Counted from the first letter of the stretch, positions 44,881-59,059 are shown. The stretch is DNA of 64,000 nt from Mobula hypostoma (GCF_963921235.1 NC_086097.1:20276001-20340000), one strand, 5' to 3'. Numbers and translations are program-made. Notes: generated from the sequence alone by a model not told the origin.

Positions 44881-47533
44881 GTTGCCCCAGATTCTGGGAT
44901 CTGCAGTCTCTTGTGCCTGTTTCCCTCCGGGGATGCAGCCTGACCCGCTGGGTTCCTCCAGCAGCATGTGCGTGGTTCAGGGTTTCCAACATCTGATTAA
45001 GGGTCTCGTCCCGAAACGTCGACTCGTTATTTCTCTCCACCGATTCTGCCTGGCCCACTGAGTTACCCTGAGTTTAGCATTTGGTTTGTTCCGCATTTAA
45101 GCAACCTGTGGTCACTTGTGTTTCCCTGAAAGAAGTGGCGTTTCATTAGTAAGTTCACTTAAGTCGATTTTTTAACATTCTATCCGAGCTGTTTAAGAGT
45201 AATTCGCTTTTATACGAACACATGAGATTCTGCTGCTGCTGAGAAAGCTGAGCGACACCCACAAAATGCTGGAAGAACTTTGTGGTCAGCCGGCATCCGT
45301 GGAGGGGAATTAACAGTCGACATTTCAAACTGGGATGCTTCATCAGGACTGGAAGGAAAGGAGGGGGGACGGGGGCAGAAGCAGAATTCTTATATAATTC
45401 CTTGAATGATCCCTGCAGTTTCTGGTTAGAAAATAACCGGAAAAGTTCCAAGCCCGTGACGTGTAAAGACTATTTCTAAAATGGATTGAAGGGATGTGGA
45501 AATATTTGCTTGCCTGTTTAGCAGATTTGGAACAATAGTTGACCAGCATCTGTTGGAGGGAAGAAGGGGGTTGCCATTATTTTAGACCACAAGACATGGC
45601 AGCAGAATTAAGCCATTCAGCCCTTCCAGTCTACTCTACCATTCCATCAAGCCTGATTTATTATCCCTCTTAACCCCGTTCTCCTGCCTTCTCCCCATAA
45701 CCTTTGGAGCCCTTATTAATCAGGAGCCTACCAACCTCCACTATAAATATAACCAATAACTTGGCCTCCACAGCCATCTGTGACAACAAATTCCATAGAT
45801 TCACCACCCTCTGGCTAAAGAAATTTCTCCTCACCTCTGTTCCAAAGGGGCACCCTTCTAGTCTGAGGCTGTACCCCCTGGTCCTAGAGCCCACCCCCCC
45901 CTGTAGAAAATATGTTCTCCACATCCACTCTATCTGGGTCTCTCACTATTTAATAGGCTTCAATGAGCTCCCCCTCATTCTTCTAAACTTCTGCGAGTAC
46001 AGGCCGAGAGCCATCGAACCAGGATGTGCCTTCTTCTAATTACTACCACCAGGGAGGTGGTACAGGAGTCTTTAGATACTTCAGGAACAGCTTCTCCCTG
46101 TCTGCCAACAGATGTCTGAATGGTCAATGAACACTATCTCACAATGCCGGCTCTTTTTTACCTTACTTACTTTACACCAAACAACAAGTCTCATCAGATA
46201 TGTCGATGATCATAAAGATGGTTCAGACTCTGTGTAGTTCATGGATTACAGATGCCACTGGTAAAACTGAAAGTGATTGCCCGTCCCTGTTTGTTCCTGG
46301 GAAGCTGCCTTCTTGAAACTTTGCCATTCACATGGTGAAGGCACTTGTCCCATGATCAATACAAGGGGATTCTGCAGATGCGGGAAAATCAGGGCAACAC
46401 GGAGGAAATGCTGGAGGAACTCAGCAGGTCAGGCAGCATCTGTGGAGAGGAATAAACGGTCAAAAGTTTTGGGCTGAGACCCTTTGCTACATCGATGGTA
46501 CGGAAAGAGCTGCAGAATTTTCACTTGCCCAAAGTGAAGGCAAATATATTTCCCAGCTAGAGATGCATGTGTCTTTTTCAATTATACGTGTCACCCAGCT
46601 GGCAGATGGTGTCGAGGAAGCCTGAGCGTGGTACTGCCGTGTGATGGCACGCAGTGCAATTACTCGGTTGTCAATGTGATTTAAGTGGAGTTGAGGCCCC
46701 ATTTTCAGATCTTGATCCTATTTTCTGGGTACTTGAGCTTGGTATCATTCTAGAACCTGTTGGTGTGGGACGGGGGTCCTTGATGATGGATGTTGCTTTC
46801 CTGTGGCAACGCACCTTGTCGATATGCTCAATGGTGGGGAGGGCTTTTCCCGTGATGGACTGGACCGTACCCATCATTTTCTGCAGTACTTTTCTGTTCC
46901 TGGGCATTGGTGCTACCATACCAGGCCAGGATACTCTCCACTGTGCATCGGTAGAAGTTTAACAAAGTTTTTGGTGACATACTGAATTTCACAAAATTCG
47001 AAAACTAAGTTCTTTATTTCTACCCAACCCATCTGTTCCAGAGAGAAGATGATCTAGTATCCAGGGAAATAAATTAATTAGGGTCCAATATATGCACAGG
47101 CAAAATGAAAAACATATTTGCAGCAGCATCACAGGGACATAGGACCAATACATAACTCTCACAAGAAATATATAAATTATACACGACATTTACAATTTAA
47201 AAAATGTCGCTACAGAGGAGACCTTGTGAGTTGCTTAATTACCCTGGACAAGAAAATAGGAGTTGCATTTATATTTTAAAAATCACAATATGAAAGCAAT
47301 TTACATCCAAATATATATATACCCACTGCTGACAAGTAGGAGACACAAGTAGTAGTTCTTGCGGGAGCCCCACAGACAGATATCAATGTGGGAATGGCAG
47401 GTTCCAAGACAAAAAAAAACTGCAGACTCTGGAAATCCAAAGCAACACACACAAGATACTGGAGGAACTCTGCAGGCCAAGCAGCATCTATGGAAAAGAG
47501 TAAACAGTCAACGTTTCGGGCCAAGACCTTTCA

Positions 47534-49753
47534 TAGACAGATAGATACTTTGTTGATCACAATTGAAATTACAGTGTCACAGTAGGATTACAAGTACACA
47601 GATATAATTATTAGAAGAGAAAGAATAAAAAATAAGTTACCTCAAAGAGTCTAACAGGAGGGGGGTCATCACTTTCCGGACTATAGTTTGACTCATTATA
47701 GAGCCTAATGGCCGAGGGTAAGAATGACCTCATATAGTGCTCTTTGGAACAGTGCAGTTGTCTTAGTCTATTACTAAAAGTGCTCCTCAGTTCAGCCAAG
47801 GTGGCATGCAGAGGGTGAGAAACATTGTCTAGATTTGCCAGAATTTTCTGTAATGTCCTTTGTTCTACCACAGCCTCCAGTGTGTCCAATTTGACTCCTA
47901 TAACAGAGCCAGTCTTTCTAATCAGTTTATTGAGCCTGTTGGCATCACCCATGTTGATGCCATTGTCCCAGCACACCACCACATAAAGGATTGTACTGAC
48001 AATAACAGACTGGTAGAACATGTGATGGAGAGGCCTGCATGCGCCAATGGACCTCAGTCTCCTCGAGAAGTAGAGGCAACTCTGGCCCTTCTTGTACACT
48101 GCCTCTGTGGTGGTTCTCCACTCAAATCTGTCATCCAGGTGCATCCCCAGGTACTTGTAGTCCTCACCATATCCATGCCCTCACCATCAATAGTAACAGA
48201 GAGCAACACTGGCTTAACTTCCTAAAGTCCATCACCATCTCCTTTGTCTTACTGATGTTGAGCTATAGATGATTCATCTTGCACCATTTGATAAAGTCCT
48301 CCACCAGGGCCCTGCATTCATCCTCTCTTCCTCCCTTTATACACCCAACTATTGCTGAGTCATCAGAGAATTTCTGCAGATGCATGACTCAGCGTTGTAT
48401 CTAAAGTCTGAGATATACAGGGTAAACAGGAAGGGAGCCAATACAGTTCCCTGTGGGGCCCCAGTGCTGCTGATAGACGTGTCTGACACACAGCTCCAAA
48501 GCTGCACAAATTGTGGTCTGCCAGTCAGGTGGTCCATTATCCAGGATACAATGGAAGTGACAACCTGCATTGAATGGAGCTTCTCCCCCAGCAATGAGGG
48601 CTGCGTTGTATTGACGTGATCATCACTGTGCTACCCTACATATCCAAATGGGAGAAGGCTCTGTTCAGCAGGTAGGTGACAGCATCATTGACTCCATTGT
48701 ACTCCTGGTAGGCAATCTGCAGAGTATTGAGGGCTGACCTGACCAGGGGTCAGAGGTGAGCCAGGACCAGCCTCTCTAGGGTCTTCATGATGTGTGAAGA
48801 TAAGGCCACTGGACAGTAGGTCGTTCAAGACTTTTGGTTGGCCCTTCTTGGTTACTGGGACCACGCATGATGTTTTCCACACATTCGGGACCCTTTCCGG
48901 GCTGAGACTCAGACTGAATATGCTCTGGAGAACTCCACACAACTGCTCAGCACACACCTTGGGGTTCGCACCATCCCGTTCCAATGTCTAGGTTTCCCCA
49001 GAGCCCTTCTCACCTGCTCAGTAATAAAGGTGAGTCCGTGATGACTGGGGAGCTGGTGGAAGGTGGGGGCTGAGGGAGGCAGCGGTTGGTATGCAGAGGT
49101 ATGGATGGAAGGTGCAGGGCAAGGAGGAAATGTAGACAGTGGTAGTCTGAGTTGTTCAGCCACCTGTTGAATGGGGGGGGGGCACTGGTACTGATGGAGT
49201 ATTAGGTGCCTTGGCACCTGGACTGGTGTGCCTCTCCTTTAGCTCTCTCTGCACGTGTTTCAATTCCTCTCTGTCTCCTGATCTAAAGGCTCTCCATTTG
49301 TGGTTGAGAACAGCCTTTAGATCTCTGGTGACACATGGTTTGTTGTTAGGGAAGCAGTGCACAGTCCTCGATGGTATTACAGTGTCCACACCGAAGCTGA
49401 TGTAGCCAGTGATGCAATCAGTAAGTCTGTTAATGTCCTCCCCATAGGGTTCACAAATCACATTTCAGTCAGTAACTTCAAAGCAGTCCCTCAAGATCTT
49501 GATGGTCTCTGGAGACCATTTCTTTACTATCTTGTTGGTAGCTTGCTATTGCTGCACTTTGGGCTCACACAAGGGCATGAGGTGAACCAGATTGTGATCT
49601 GATCTACCAAGCATGCATCTTTAATATTTGCATACAAGAGATCCAATGTTTTATTTTCTCTTGTGTGACACTTGACAAACTGATTGAAGGTGGATATGGT
49701 TGGTTGAAGCCACCCGATACTTCAATGAACACACTGGGGTGTTGAGTCTGAAC
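47534..49753 (-). mobile_element. Degraded Rex1/Babar-like LINE (APE end, RT, C-terminus)
   Basis: Motifs STGAPQGTVLAPFLFTLY, WKTSCVVPV, FPNNKP and ANRLNKLIRK, with many frameshifts. Confidence 0.8.
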
Positions 49754-51919
49754 TGGCCCGAAACATCAACTGTTTATTCTTTTCCATAGATGCTGCCTGG
49801 CCTGTCTGTTGCAATGGCAGGTTCCTCCGTTCCATCTTGGGTGGTGAGTGTTCTTAATGATGGATGCTGCCAGAATATTGAGGAGAATTCCCTTGTTTGC
49901 ATAAAACCCATAAGACGTAGGAGCAGAATTAAATCGTTTGGCCCATTGAGTCTGCGCCTTTCTTCCCTTCCTCAGCCCCAATCTCTGGCCTTCTCCCCAT
50001 AACCTTTGATGCCATGTCCAATCAAGAACCCATCAAGCTCTGCCTTAAATACACCCAACGACCTGGCCTCCACAGCTGCCTGTGGTAATAAATTTCACAA
50101 ATTCTCCATCCTCTGGCTAAAGAAATTTCGCTGCATCTCTGTTTTAAATGGACACCCCTTTATCCCGAGGCTGTGCCCTCTTGTCATAGACTCTCCCACC
50201 ATGGGACACATCCTTTCCACATACATTCTGTCTAGGCCTTTCAACATTCGAAAGGTTTCAATGCGATACCCCTCATCCTTCTAAATTCCAGCAAGTACAG
50301 ATGCAGAGCTATCAAATGTTCTTCGTATGATAACCCTTTCATTCACAGAATCATCCTTGTGAACCTCCTCTGAACATTCTCCAATGCCAGCACATCTTTT
50401 CATAGATGAGGAGCCCAAAACTGTCCACAATACTCAAGGTGAGGCCTCACCAGTGTCTTATAAAACCTCAGCATCACATCCCTGCTCTTGTATTCTAGAC
50501 CTCTTGAAATGAACGCTAACATTGCATTTACCTTCCTCACCTGCAAGTTAACCTTCAGGGTGTTCTGCACAAGGACTCCCAAGCCCTTTTGCATCTCAGG
50601 TTTTTGGATTTTCTCCCCATTTGGAAAATAGTCTGCATGTTTATATCTTCTACCAATGTGCATGACATTGTAACATTTTCCAACATTGTATTTCATTTAC
50701 CACCTTCTTGCCCATTCTCCTAATCTGTCTAAGTCCTTCTGCAGCCTTCCTGTTTTGTCAATGCTACCTGCCCCTCCACCAATCTTCATATCATCTGCAA
50801 ACTTGGCAACAAAGCCATCTGTTCCATCATCTAAATCATTGATATACAGCAGAAAAAGAAGCAGTTGCACACCTACCCCTGCAGAACACCACGAGTCACT
50901 GGCAGCCAACCAGAAAAGGATCCTTTTATTCTGACATTTTGCTTCAATTTGCAAGGAAAGCAGGCCCTTGGTTCACAATCTCACTAGGTCAGCAGGAACT
51001 CTGACAATGTATCACTTTCTCAGGACCATACAAGAATTTCTCATTGAATTTGGTGCTTAAAGCCCAAAAACAGGATTTGAGCTTGGAACCTTCTGGCTCA
51101 GGGGCAAGAGAGCCATCTATTGAGACCAGCTGCCGCACACTTATGGTCGGGATAGGCATGTTAATTTTTCGGTATGAGGTACCAGAAGGTATTGAAGCCA
51201 ACAAGACAAATCCATTTTCTCACTTCAACCCCCCTTCCCCCATCATCCTACTTTCCCTTTCACCTGGCTTCACCTATCACCTGCCAGCAGTTTGTACTCC
51301 TTCCCCATCCTCACCACTTTCTTATTCTGTTTTCCTCCCCCTTCCTTCCCAGTCCTGATGAAGAGTCCGGCTCAAAACGTTGACTCTTTATTCCACTCCA
51401 TGGATGCTACCTGACTGACTTGGTTTCTCCAGCGTTTTGTGTGTGTTGCTCTGGAATTCCAGCATCTGTAGAATCTTTTGTGCTTGCAAATCAGAGGAAA
51501 TACTCAGAAATTCTTGTAGCACCAGAGTAGAAATAGAAACGGAGGTTTCATACACAATCATCCTTCCTCAGAACTGCGTGAATTTAGAGGTGAAACATAT
51601 TTTAGGCTGCTGAGGAAGTGGTGGGGCATCGAGATCAGAAGGGAAGAGTGAGGAGGAGAGACTGAATTGACCACCCGTGGTAGGGTTGCCAGCTGAAAGA
51701 GTGGTTGTGTCTATCTGGAGCAATTGAAAATAGGAAGAAGTGAATGAAATATTAGAGGAGATAAGGCTAACAAATGGAGGAATTATGAGATTAGAATCAT
51801 TTTCTGTATTGTTGTATATGGTGCTGAGACTTGAGGAAGTGTGAGGTGTCCATTCTGAGGTTAAGGTGCTGCTTTTCGACTTGGCTTTGAGGTTTGTAGA
51901 GGCCAAAATAACTGAACCT

Positions 51920-52337
51920 ACCCCATCTGTTATTTATTTATATACACACATTCTTTCTCTCTCTCTCCTTTTTCTCCCTCTGTCCCTCTGTCTATACCCC
52001 TTGCCCATCCTCTGGGTTCCCCCCCCTCCCCCTTTTCCTTCTCCCTGGGCCTCCTGTCCCATGATCCTCTCATATCCCCTTTGCCTATCACCTGTCCAGC
52101 TCTTGGCTCCATCCCTCCCCTCCTGTCTTCTCCTATCATTTTGGATCTCCCCCTCCCCCTCTCCCTCCCACTTTCAAATCTCTTACTAGCTCTTCCTTCA
52201 GTTAGTCTTGACAAAGGGTCTCGGCCTGAAACATCGACTGTACCTCTTCCTAGAGATGCTGCCTGGCCTGCTGCGTTCACCAGCAACTTTGATGTGTGTT
52301 GCTTGAATTTCCAGCATCGGCAGAATTCCTCGTGTTT
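51920..52337 (+). mobile_element. Single PLE 3' terminal repeat
   Basis: Same sequence family as the fold-back arms, with a degenerate hammerhead at about 52204-52239. Confidence 0.8.
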
Positions 52338-53989
52338 ACGAACCTGAATCAGAATCAGGTTTATTTTCACTGACGTGTATCATCACAAAAGAACAGTGCA
52401 AAACAACATACAAGAAACAGTGCATAGAAAAATTCACTATAAGTTACAATAGGAAATATAAAAAATAAGTACTATAAATCGTGCAAGAACAAAATAGCAA
52501 GGTAGTGTTCATGGACCATTCCAGAATCTGATGCCAGAGGTGTAGAATATGTTTCTGAAAAATTGAGTGAGTGTCCCTCTGATGTATTACTTCTTCCATG
52601 ATGGCAGTAATGAGAAGAGGTCGTGTCCTGGATGGTGATATTTAAAGTAATGGCCATTAAGGGAAAGAATTAATTCTGCAGATTCTACAGTACAATACAT
52701 AAAAATTACTATATTTTACAATAAGAAATACAAAAGATAAACAGTGTAAAAAGAGGGCAAAATTGAGGTCATGGGTTCATGGACAGTTCAAGAATCTGAT
52801 GGCAAAGGGGAGGAAGTTGTTTCTAAAACGTAGAGTGTGCGTCTCCCTGATGCATTACCTACTCCATGAAGGTAGTATTGATGAGGGCACATTCTGGATG
52901 GTGAGAAGTAAAGTAATAGCCATTAAAAGAGAGAATTAATTGTGCAGAACCTCAGCAGGTCCAAGTAGAGAGTTAGTGTTACAGGTCGAGCTTAGTGTGT
53001 CTGAAGTTGGAAAGAAAAGAGGGGAGGGTGGAGAGAACAAAGGAAATATCCGTGGTTAGTGGAGATTGAGGTCGTTCAAGTTACTGTTGTCCAAGAGAGA
53101 GTGATGGATACTTGTTAATTACAGTTAATCTGTCTGGAGGCAGTGTATATAGGGGAAGATGAATAAATCCAGCAATGAGGAAGGAAAAGCAGGATTTCCA
53201 CTGTGCGATACGGAATGTAGCACATGCTGCAAATCTGCATCAAAACAGAAAGGTGTAAATACCCAACCTATCATGCAGAAACAGTGAAAAGAAAAAAACT
53301 GGTATTAGAAAGATTATTTTTAGAGATAAAGATCACATGTCACATGTACATCAAAACATATAGTGAAATGTACTTATTTCAAATCAACTGAGCGAGGATT
53401 GCCCTGGGCAGCTTGCAAGTGTCACCACACGTCCCGCACCAACACAGCACGCCCACAGCTCACCAACCCTTACTGTACGTCTTTGGAATGCCAAAGGAAA
53501 CTGGGGCACATGGAGGAAACCCATACAGTCATGGGGAGAAAATACAAACTCCTTGCAGACGGTGGCAGGAGTTGAACCCCAATCTAAATGCGGGCACTGT
53601 AACAGTGTTACGCTAACCACTACACACACCACTGTGGCCCCATGTTACAGGGGGATGGCCCGGCATCAGAACGAGCCAGTTCTGATATGAACAGGAAAGC
53701 CTGATTATCTGAGATTGTTGAATTCAATATTGTCACCAAAAAAAAAACTTTTTTGAGCTTAAAGTAGACTTCACTGGAACAGAAGAGATGGCTACGGACA
53801 GAGAAGTTAGTCTATTGTAGCTCCATGACAGAGAAAGGGATAGGCAACTGGAAGTTAAAAATCCCATGAGAACTAAATGGAGATGGTCTGCTACATAGTC
53901 AAGTGAACTCCACTGGGGTCGTCTAGTGTAGGGAGTGAAACTGCATAGCAGCATGGCCTCCTCTCCTGCCTCAGTAAGGACACTCACCA

Positions 53990-54475
53990 GGCAGAGGAGC
54001 AAAACCACATATTCCATCTTGGCAGCCTCCAAGCTGGCAGCATGAACACTGATTTCTCCAACTTCCAATAATTTCTCCTTCTCCTCCTCCCCCTCCCCCT
54101 TCTTTCCTTTTCCATTCTCCATTCTGGCTCCCCTCTTACCCTTTCCCTTCTCCTCACCTGCCCATCACCTCCGTCTGGTGTCCAGCCTCCTTCCCTTTCT
54201 CTAATAGTCTATTATCTTCTCTTATCAGATTCCTTCTTCTTCAGACCTTTCCCTCGTCCACCTAGCTTCTTAGCGCATCCCCCCTCACCGACTCTCTTTG
54301 CCTCTCACCTGTTCACACCATAATTTGCCAGCTTGTACCCCCACTTTCTTATTCTGGCTTCTTCCCCCTTCCTTTCCAGTCCTGACAAAGGGTCTCTGCC
54401 CAAAACGTCAACTGTTTATTGCCTTCCATACACGCTGTCTGAGTTCCTCCAGCATTGTGTATGTGTTGCTCTAGA
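53990..54475 (+). mobile_element. Old PLE 3' end
   Basis: Degraded EEQHLIFRLGSLQPDGMNIDFS-like region, pyrimidine tract and degenerate hammerhead near 54378-54414. Confidence 0.65.
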
Positions 54476-54639
54476 ACCTTCTTTCGTGTTACCTTCCCTG
54501 ATTCTCTCCGTGTCCAGAACATAATCAATTGAGCCTTGGAAGTTCTGAATGAGTGAGGATCCTTTGTCCTCAAGCATCCGGGCATCTATTAAACCGCTGA
54601 GACCCTTCACCACTCTCTGGCTAAAGAAACCCCTTCTAA

Positions 54640-55300
54640 AGCTTTAAAAATCAATTTACAACCTAATAAATTGACAGTTTTGTTTGGTATAATTCCTCAA
54701 TATATTCACGGTATTTCTACATCAGACCAACACGTAATTGCATTTGTCACATTATTGGCTAGAAGGGCTATTTTATTAAAATGGAAAGATGCCTCTGCTC
54801 CCACTTTGATACAATGGTTCTCTCAGGTGATGTTATGTCTTAGTTTGGAAAAAATTAGAAGTCGAACTTTTGATCCTAGATTTGACTTCGAGAAAAGGTG
54901 GGGCTCTTTTGCCCGTTATTATCATTTGATTTGAGTTAATAAAGATGGTCCTTTTCTAATGCTTGGGTATGTGGATTTGGTTGGCGGATTGATGTCTTTT
55001 TTTTATGGAAGCTTGTATGGCGGATAGCTCCGGGTTTGTGCTCCAAATGGGTTTTTTTTCTGTTTTTTTTTGTTTTAGTTAGTAGAGGTTCTTTTTTCCT
55101 TATTTCTTTTTTCCCAAAAAAAGCTTTAACATTTTGTTTTTTTTAAATTATTGTTGATATACTGTTTAGTTTGGTTGATAGTTTAACTCTTATTCTACAT
55201 ATGGATATGTTGTCTTGATTATCTTGATGTATTTTTCTTTGTTGTTGATTTTCAATAATAATTAATTAAAAAGATTTAAAAATGAAAAATATATAATTAT
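54640..55300 (+). mobile_element. L1-clade LINE 3' fragment
   Basis: IAFVTLLARRAILLKWKDASAPTLIQW...LSLEKI resembles a fish L1 ORF2 C-terminus. T-rich 3' UTR and A-rich tail; inserted in a CR1 fragment. Confidence 0.75.
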
Positions 55301-55609
55301 TAAGAAATCCTTCCTCATCTCCATTCTAAAAGGACGCCTCTCCACTCTGAGACTATTTATTGTGGTGGACGCAGCTCAACATGTCATAGGAACCAACTGC
55401 CCCTCTCTGGACTTGGTCTATACTTCTCACTGCCTCAGTAATGCAGCCAACCTAATGAAAGATCCTACCCACCCTGGACTTTCTCTCCTCTACCTCCTCC
55501 CATTGGACAGAAGTTACAAAAGGCTGAAAGCCTTACCCACCAGACAGCAGTGTTATAAGACTACTGAATGTTTCCCAAGTATGATAAAATGGACTCTATT
55601 ACAATTGAC

Positions 55610-56424
55610 ACACATAAAAGTTGCTGGTGAACGCAGCAGGCCAGGCAGCATCTCTAGGAAGAGGTACAGTCGACGTTTCAGGCCGAGACCCTTTGTCAGG
55701 ACTAACTGAAGGAAGAGTGAGTAAGGGATTCGGAAGTTGGAGGGGGAGGGGGAGATCCAAAATGATAGGAGAAGACAGGAGGGGGAGGGATGGAGCCAAG
55801 AGCTGGACAGGTGATAGGCAAAAGGGATACGAGAGGATCATGGGACAGGAGGTCTGGGAAGAAAGACGGGGGGGGGACCCAGAGGATGGGCAAGGGGTAT
55901 ATTCAGAGAGACAGAGAGAGAAAAAGGAGAGTGAGAGAAAGAATGTGTGTATAAAAATAAATAACAGATGGGGTACGAGGGGGAGGTGGGGCATTAGCGG
56001 AAGTTAGAGAAGTCGATGTTCATGCCATCAGGTTGGAGGCTACCCAGACGGAATATAAGGTGTTGTTCCTCCAACCTGAGTGTGGCTTCATCTTTACAGT
56101 AGAGGAGACCTCCCCCCGCCCCCCCCCGTCTTTCTTCCCGGACCTCCCGTCCCATGATCCTCTCGTATCCCTTTTGCCTATCACCTGTCCAGCTCTTGGC
56201 TCCATCCCTCCCCCTCCTGTCTTCTCCTATCATTTTGGATCTCCCCCTCCCCCTCCAACTTCCGAATCCCTTACTCACTCTTCCTTCAGTTAGTCCTGAC
56301 GAAGGGTCTCGGCCTGAAACGTCGACTGCACCTCTTCCTAGAGATGCTGCCTGGCCTGCTGCGTTCACCAGCAACTTTTATGTATGTTGCTTGAATTTCC
56401 AGCATCTGCAGAATTCCTGTTGTT
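55610..56424. mobile_element. PLE inverted terminal-repeat (fold-back) insertion
   Basis: Inverted arms at about 55610-55876 and 56119-56385. 15-bp TSD TCTATTACAATTGAC at 55595-55609 and 56425-56439. Confidence 0.9.
56292..56327 (+). ncRNA. Minimal type I hammerhead ribozyme motif, intact core
   Basis: Identical 36-mer agtcctgacgaagggtctcggcctgaaacgtcgact. Confidence 0.75.
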
Positions 56425-58001
56425 TCTATTACAATTGACCCACTTGTGATCTTACACCCTTTATCTACCTGCATCACACTTTACCTGTACAGTAACACTT
56501 TATTCGGCAAAGTATTCTTTTATTGTTTTACCTTGTACTACCCCAATGTACTGTTGTAGTGAACCAATCCGTTTGGACAGCAGGCAACATGTTTTTCACC
56601 ATCACAAGAGGTTCCCCATTTGCCTGGGGAGCCGCACTCATCCAGGTGTTCACTGTCTCACTCTCTCCAAGTTCCCCTGGTAAACTAGCAACTGGATTTA
56701 TCCCAACAGCAACCTTTACACTAACCCTATCGGAGATATTCCCTTTGTCTTATCCATTCCTACTGCATCCATTTTGCATCTTATAGCTAACTTATTTCCT
56801 GTTCTTCCCAGTTCTGATGAAAAACTGATGCCTCGTTAATTCTATTTCTCCTCCCAAGGATGCTGCCTAACCTGCTTAGTGTATCTAGCATTTCCTGGTT
56901 TCAATTCCGATTTCCAGCATCTGCAGTTTTATTTTATTTTCTAGAGATGCTGACTATAATTGTGGAGTCTGGGGTATTGCCTGTAAGGTAATGATTCTGA
57001 GAGTACGACTGTGTCAGCCTGTTGCTTGTCCGGCTCTCCCAGTTAAGCCACCTGTCCCCATATCTTTGTGATGAGGACATTGGGATAGTAAGGTAGTGTA
57101 AGCATGAAGTCATTACAGCACTGGCAATTATTGATCGGGGTTCAATTCCTGCTATTGCCTGTAAGGAGTTTGCAAGTTCTCTCTGTGACCACGTGGGCTT
57201 TCTCCAGGTGTACCCGTTTACTCTCACATTCCAAAGACGTACGGTTTAGAGTTTTTGAATTGTGGGCCTGCAGTGTTGGTGTCGGAAGCATGGAAGCACT
57301 TGTAGGTAGTCCGGCAAAATCTTCTCTGATCTGGTTCGATGCAAAATGATGCGATTCGCTGCATGCTTCGATGTTTCGATGTACATGTGACGAATAAAGC
57401 TGATCTCATTTAATCTCCTTGCAAGCTGAGGACTGAGCTGGGAGGGATTTGTTGTGTCCAAATTCACTACCTCAGCCAAGTTTTCAGTCCAGTTTTACAC
57501 CTCTGTTTCAGTGCTCTGCTACTAGTACACTGGCGTGGCTTGCACAGATAGCATGCATGTATCTAACTATCTAGATAGTTAGATACAGTGCAGAATAGGT
57601 CCTTCTGGCCCTTCGAGCTGCACTGCCTAGCAACCTCCTGATTTATCCCTAGCCTAATTGTGGGACAATTTACGATGACCAATTAACCTACCAACTGGGT
57701 ATGCCTTTGGACTGTGGGAGGAAACCAGAGGAAGCCCACGAAGAGAACATACAAATTCCTTACAGGCAGCGGTGGGAATTGAACCCAGGTCTCCTGCACT
57801 ATAAAGTGTGGTGCTAACCACGATGCTATTGTGCTGCCCTATTTAAGGGATGAGTCTGGAGTCACATGAAGGCCAGAATGGGCAAAGACAACAAAGTCCT
57901 CCCCTGAAGGACATTGGTGGACCAGGCATTTTGAACAACACTCCGGTAGTTTTACATTGTTATCATTAATAGGATTTGTTTTTATTTTCTGACGTGTTAC
58001 T

Positions 58002-58296
58002 CATTATTTATAAGCATCCGATAGTCCCATGAGACCATGGATTTGCGCCTTGGAGGGTGTCCAGGGCGCAGGCCTGGGCAAGATTGTATGGAAGACTAGC
58101 AGTTGCCCATGTCTCCACACCACCAATGATGTCCAAGGGAAGGGCATTAGGACCCATACAGCTTGGCACCAGTGTCGTTGCAGAGCAATGTGTGGTTAAG
58201 TGCCTTGCTCAAGGACACACAAGCTTCCTCAGCCAAGGCTCGAACTAGCGACCTTCAAATCACTAGATGAACGCCTTAACCACTTGGCCATGCGCC
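58002..58296 (-). mobile_element. tRNA-derived SINE with RTE-like tail
   Basis: Head GGCGCATGGCCAAGTGGTTAAGGCG (A box) and AGTTCGAGCC (B box), then ccttgagcaaggcacttaac. Confidence 0.75.
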
Positions 58297-59059
58297 AACA
58301 CAACTCCTTACTCATTAACAGAACTTAAATTCCACACTGGCTGTGATGGGAATTGAACTTATGTCTCTGGATTATCTGGTGTTCTCATCTGCAATCCATT
58401 TCAATTCTGCTCCCCGTTCACACACTGACCTGGCCGCCCTCAGCCTCTTCCACTGCCAGGCTGGACAGGACCAGCACCTCATCTCCTGCCTGATTGGGTC
58501 TACAACACTGAAAGCCCTCGATAGAGTGGATGTGGAAAGGATGTTTCCTCTAGTGGGGAGAGTCTAGGACCAGAGGGCACAGCCTCAGAATAGAAGGATC
58601 TCCCTTTAGAACAGAGATGAGGAGAAATTTCCTTAACCAGAGGGTGGTGAATCAGTGGAATTCACCGCCACAGATGGGTGTGGAGTCCAAGTCATTGGTG
58701 TATTTAAAACAGATGTTGATAAGTACTTGATGAGTCAGGGCATCAAAGGCTACGGGGAAAAGGCAGAGAATGGGGATGAGAGGGATAATAAATCAGCCAT
58801 GATGGATGGTGAAGAAAAACTCAATAGATCAAATCCTGCTCCTGCATCTTATCGTCTTGCGTTCTTAACCTGACAGCATAAAGTTGAATTCTCCAGTTTC
58901 AGTTAACCGGCTTCCCCTCTGTCCTTTTCCCTCTCCTGCAGATCTACCCAGTTCCTCCTGCACGCTATGAGACCCCATCACCCAGTTTCTCTCCCCACCA
59001 TCACTCTTTCTAAATGCCCACCTGATCTCCCTCATCTGGTTCCACGCTTTCCACTTGTG

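Noticed and set aside
46490..46690. CpG-containing unique tract with a small hairpin, considered as snRNA/snoRNA, IRE or exon
   Set aside because: No convincing box motifs, IRE stem or recognisable reading frame.
51568..51906. 112-aa Ser/Thr-rich ORF
   Set aside because: No splice or domain support; possibly a very decayed PLE N-terminal region.
52400..52950. Two tandem 270-bp related units
   Set aside because: Old diverged duplication of a LINE 3' UTR fragment with no functional signal.
58230..58296. tRNA gene
   Set aside because: The A/B boxes continue into a SINE body and the cloverleaf is incomplete.
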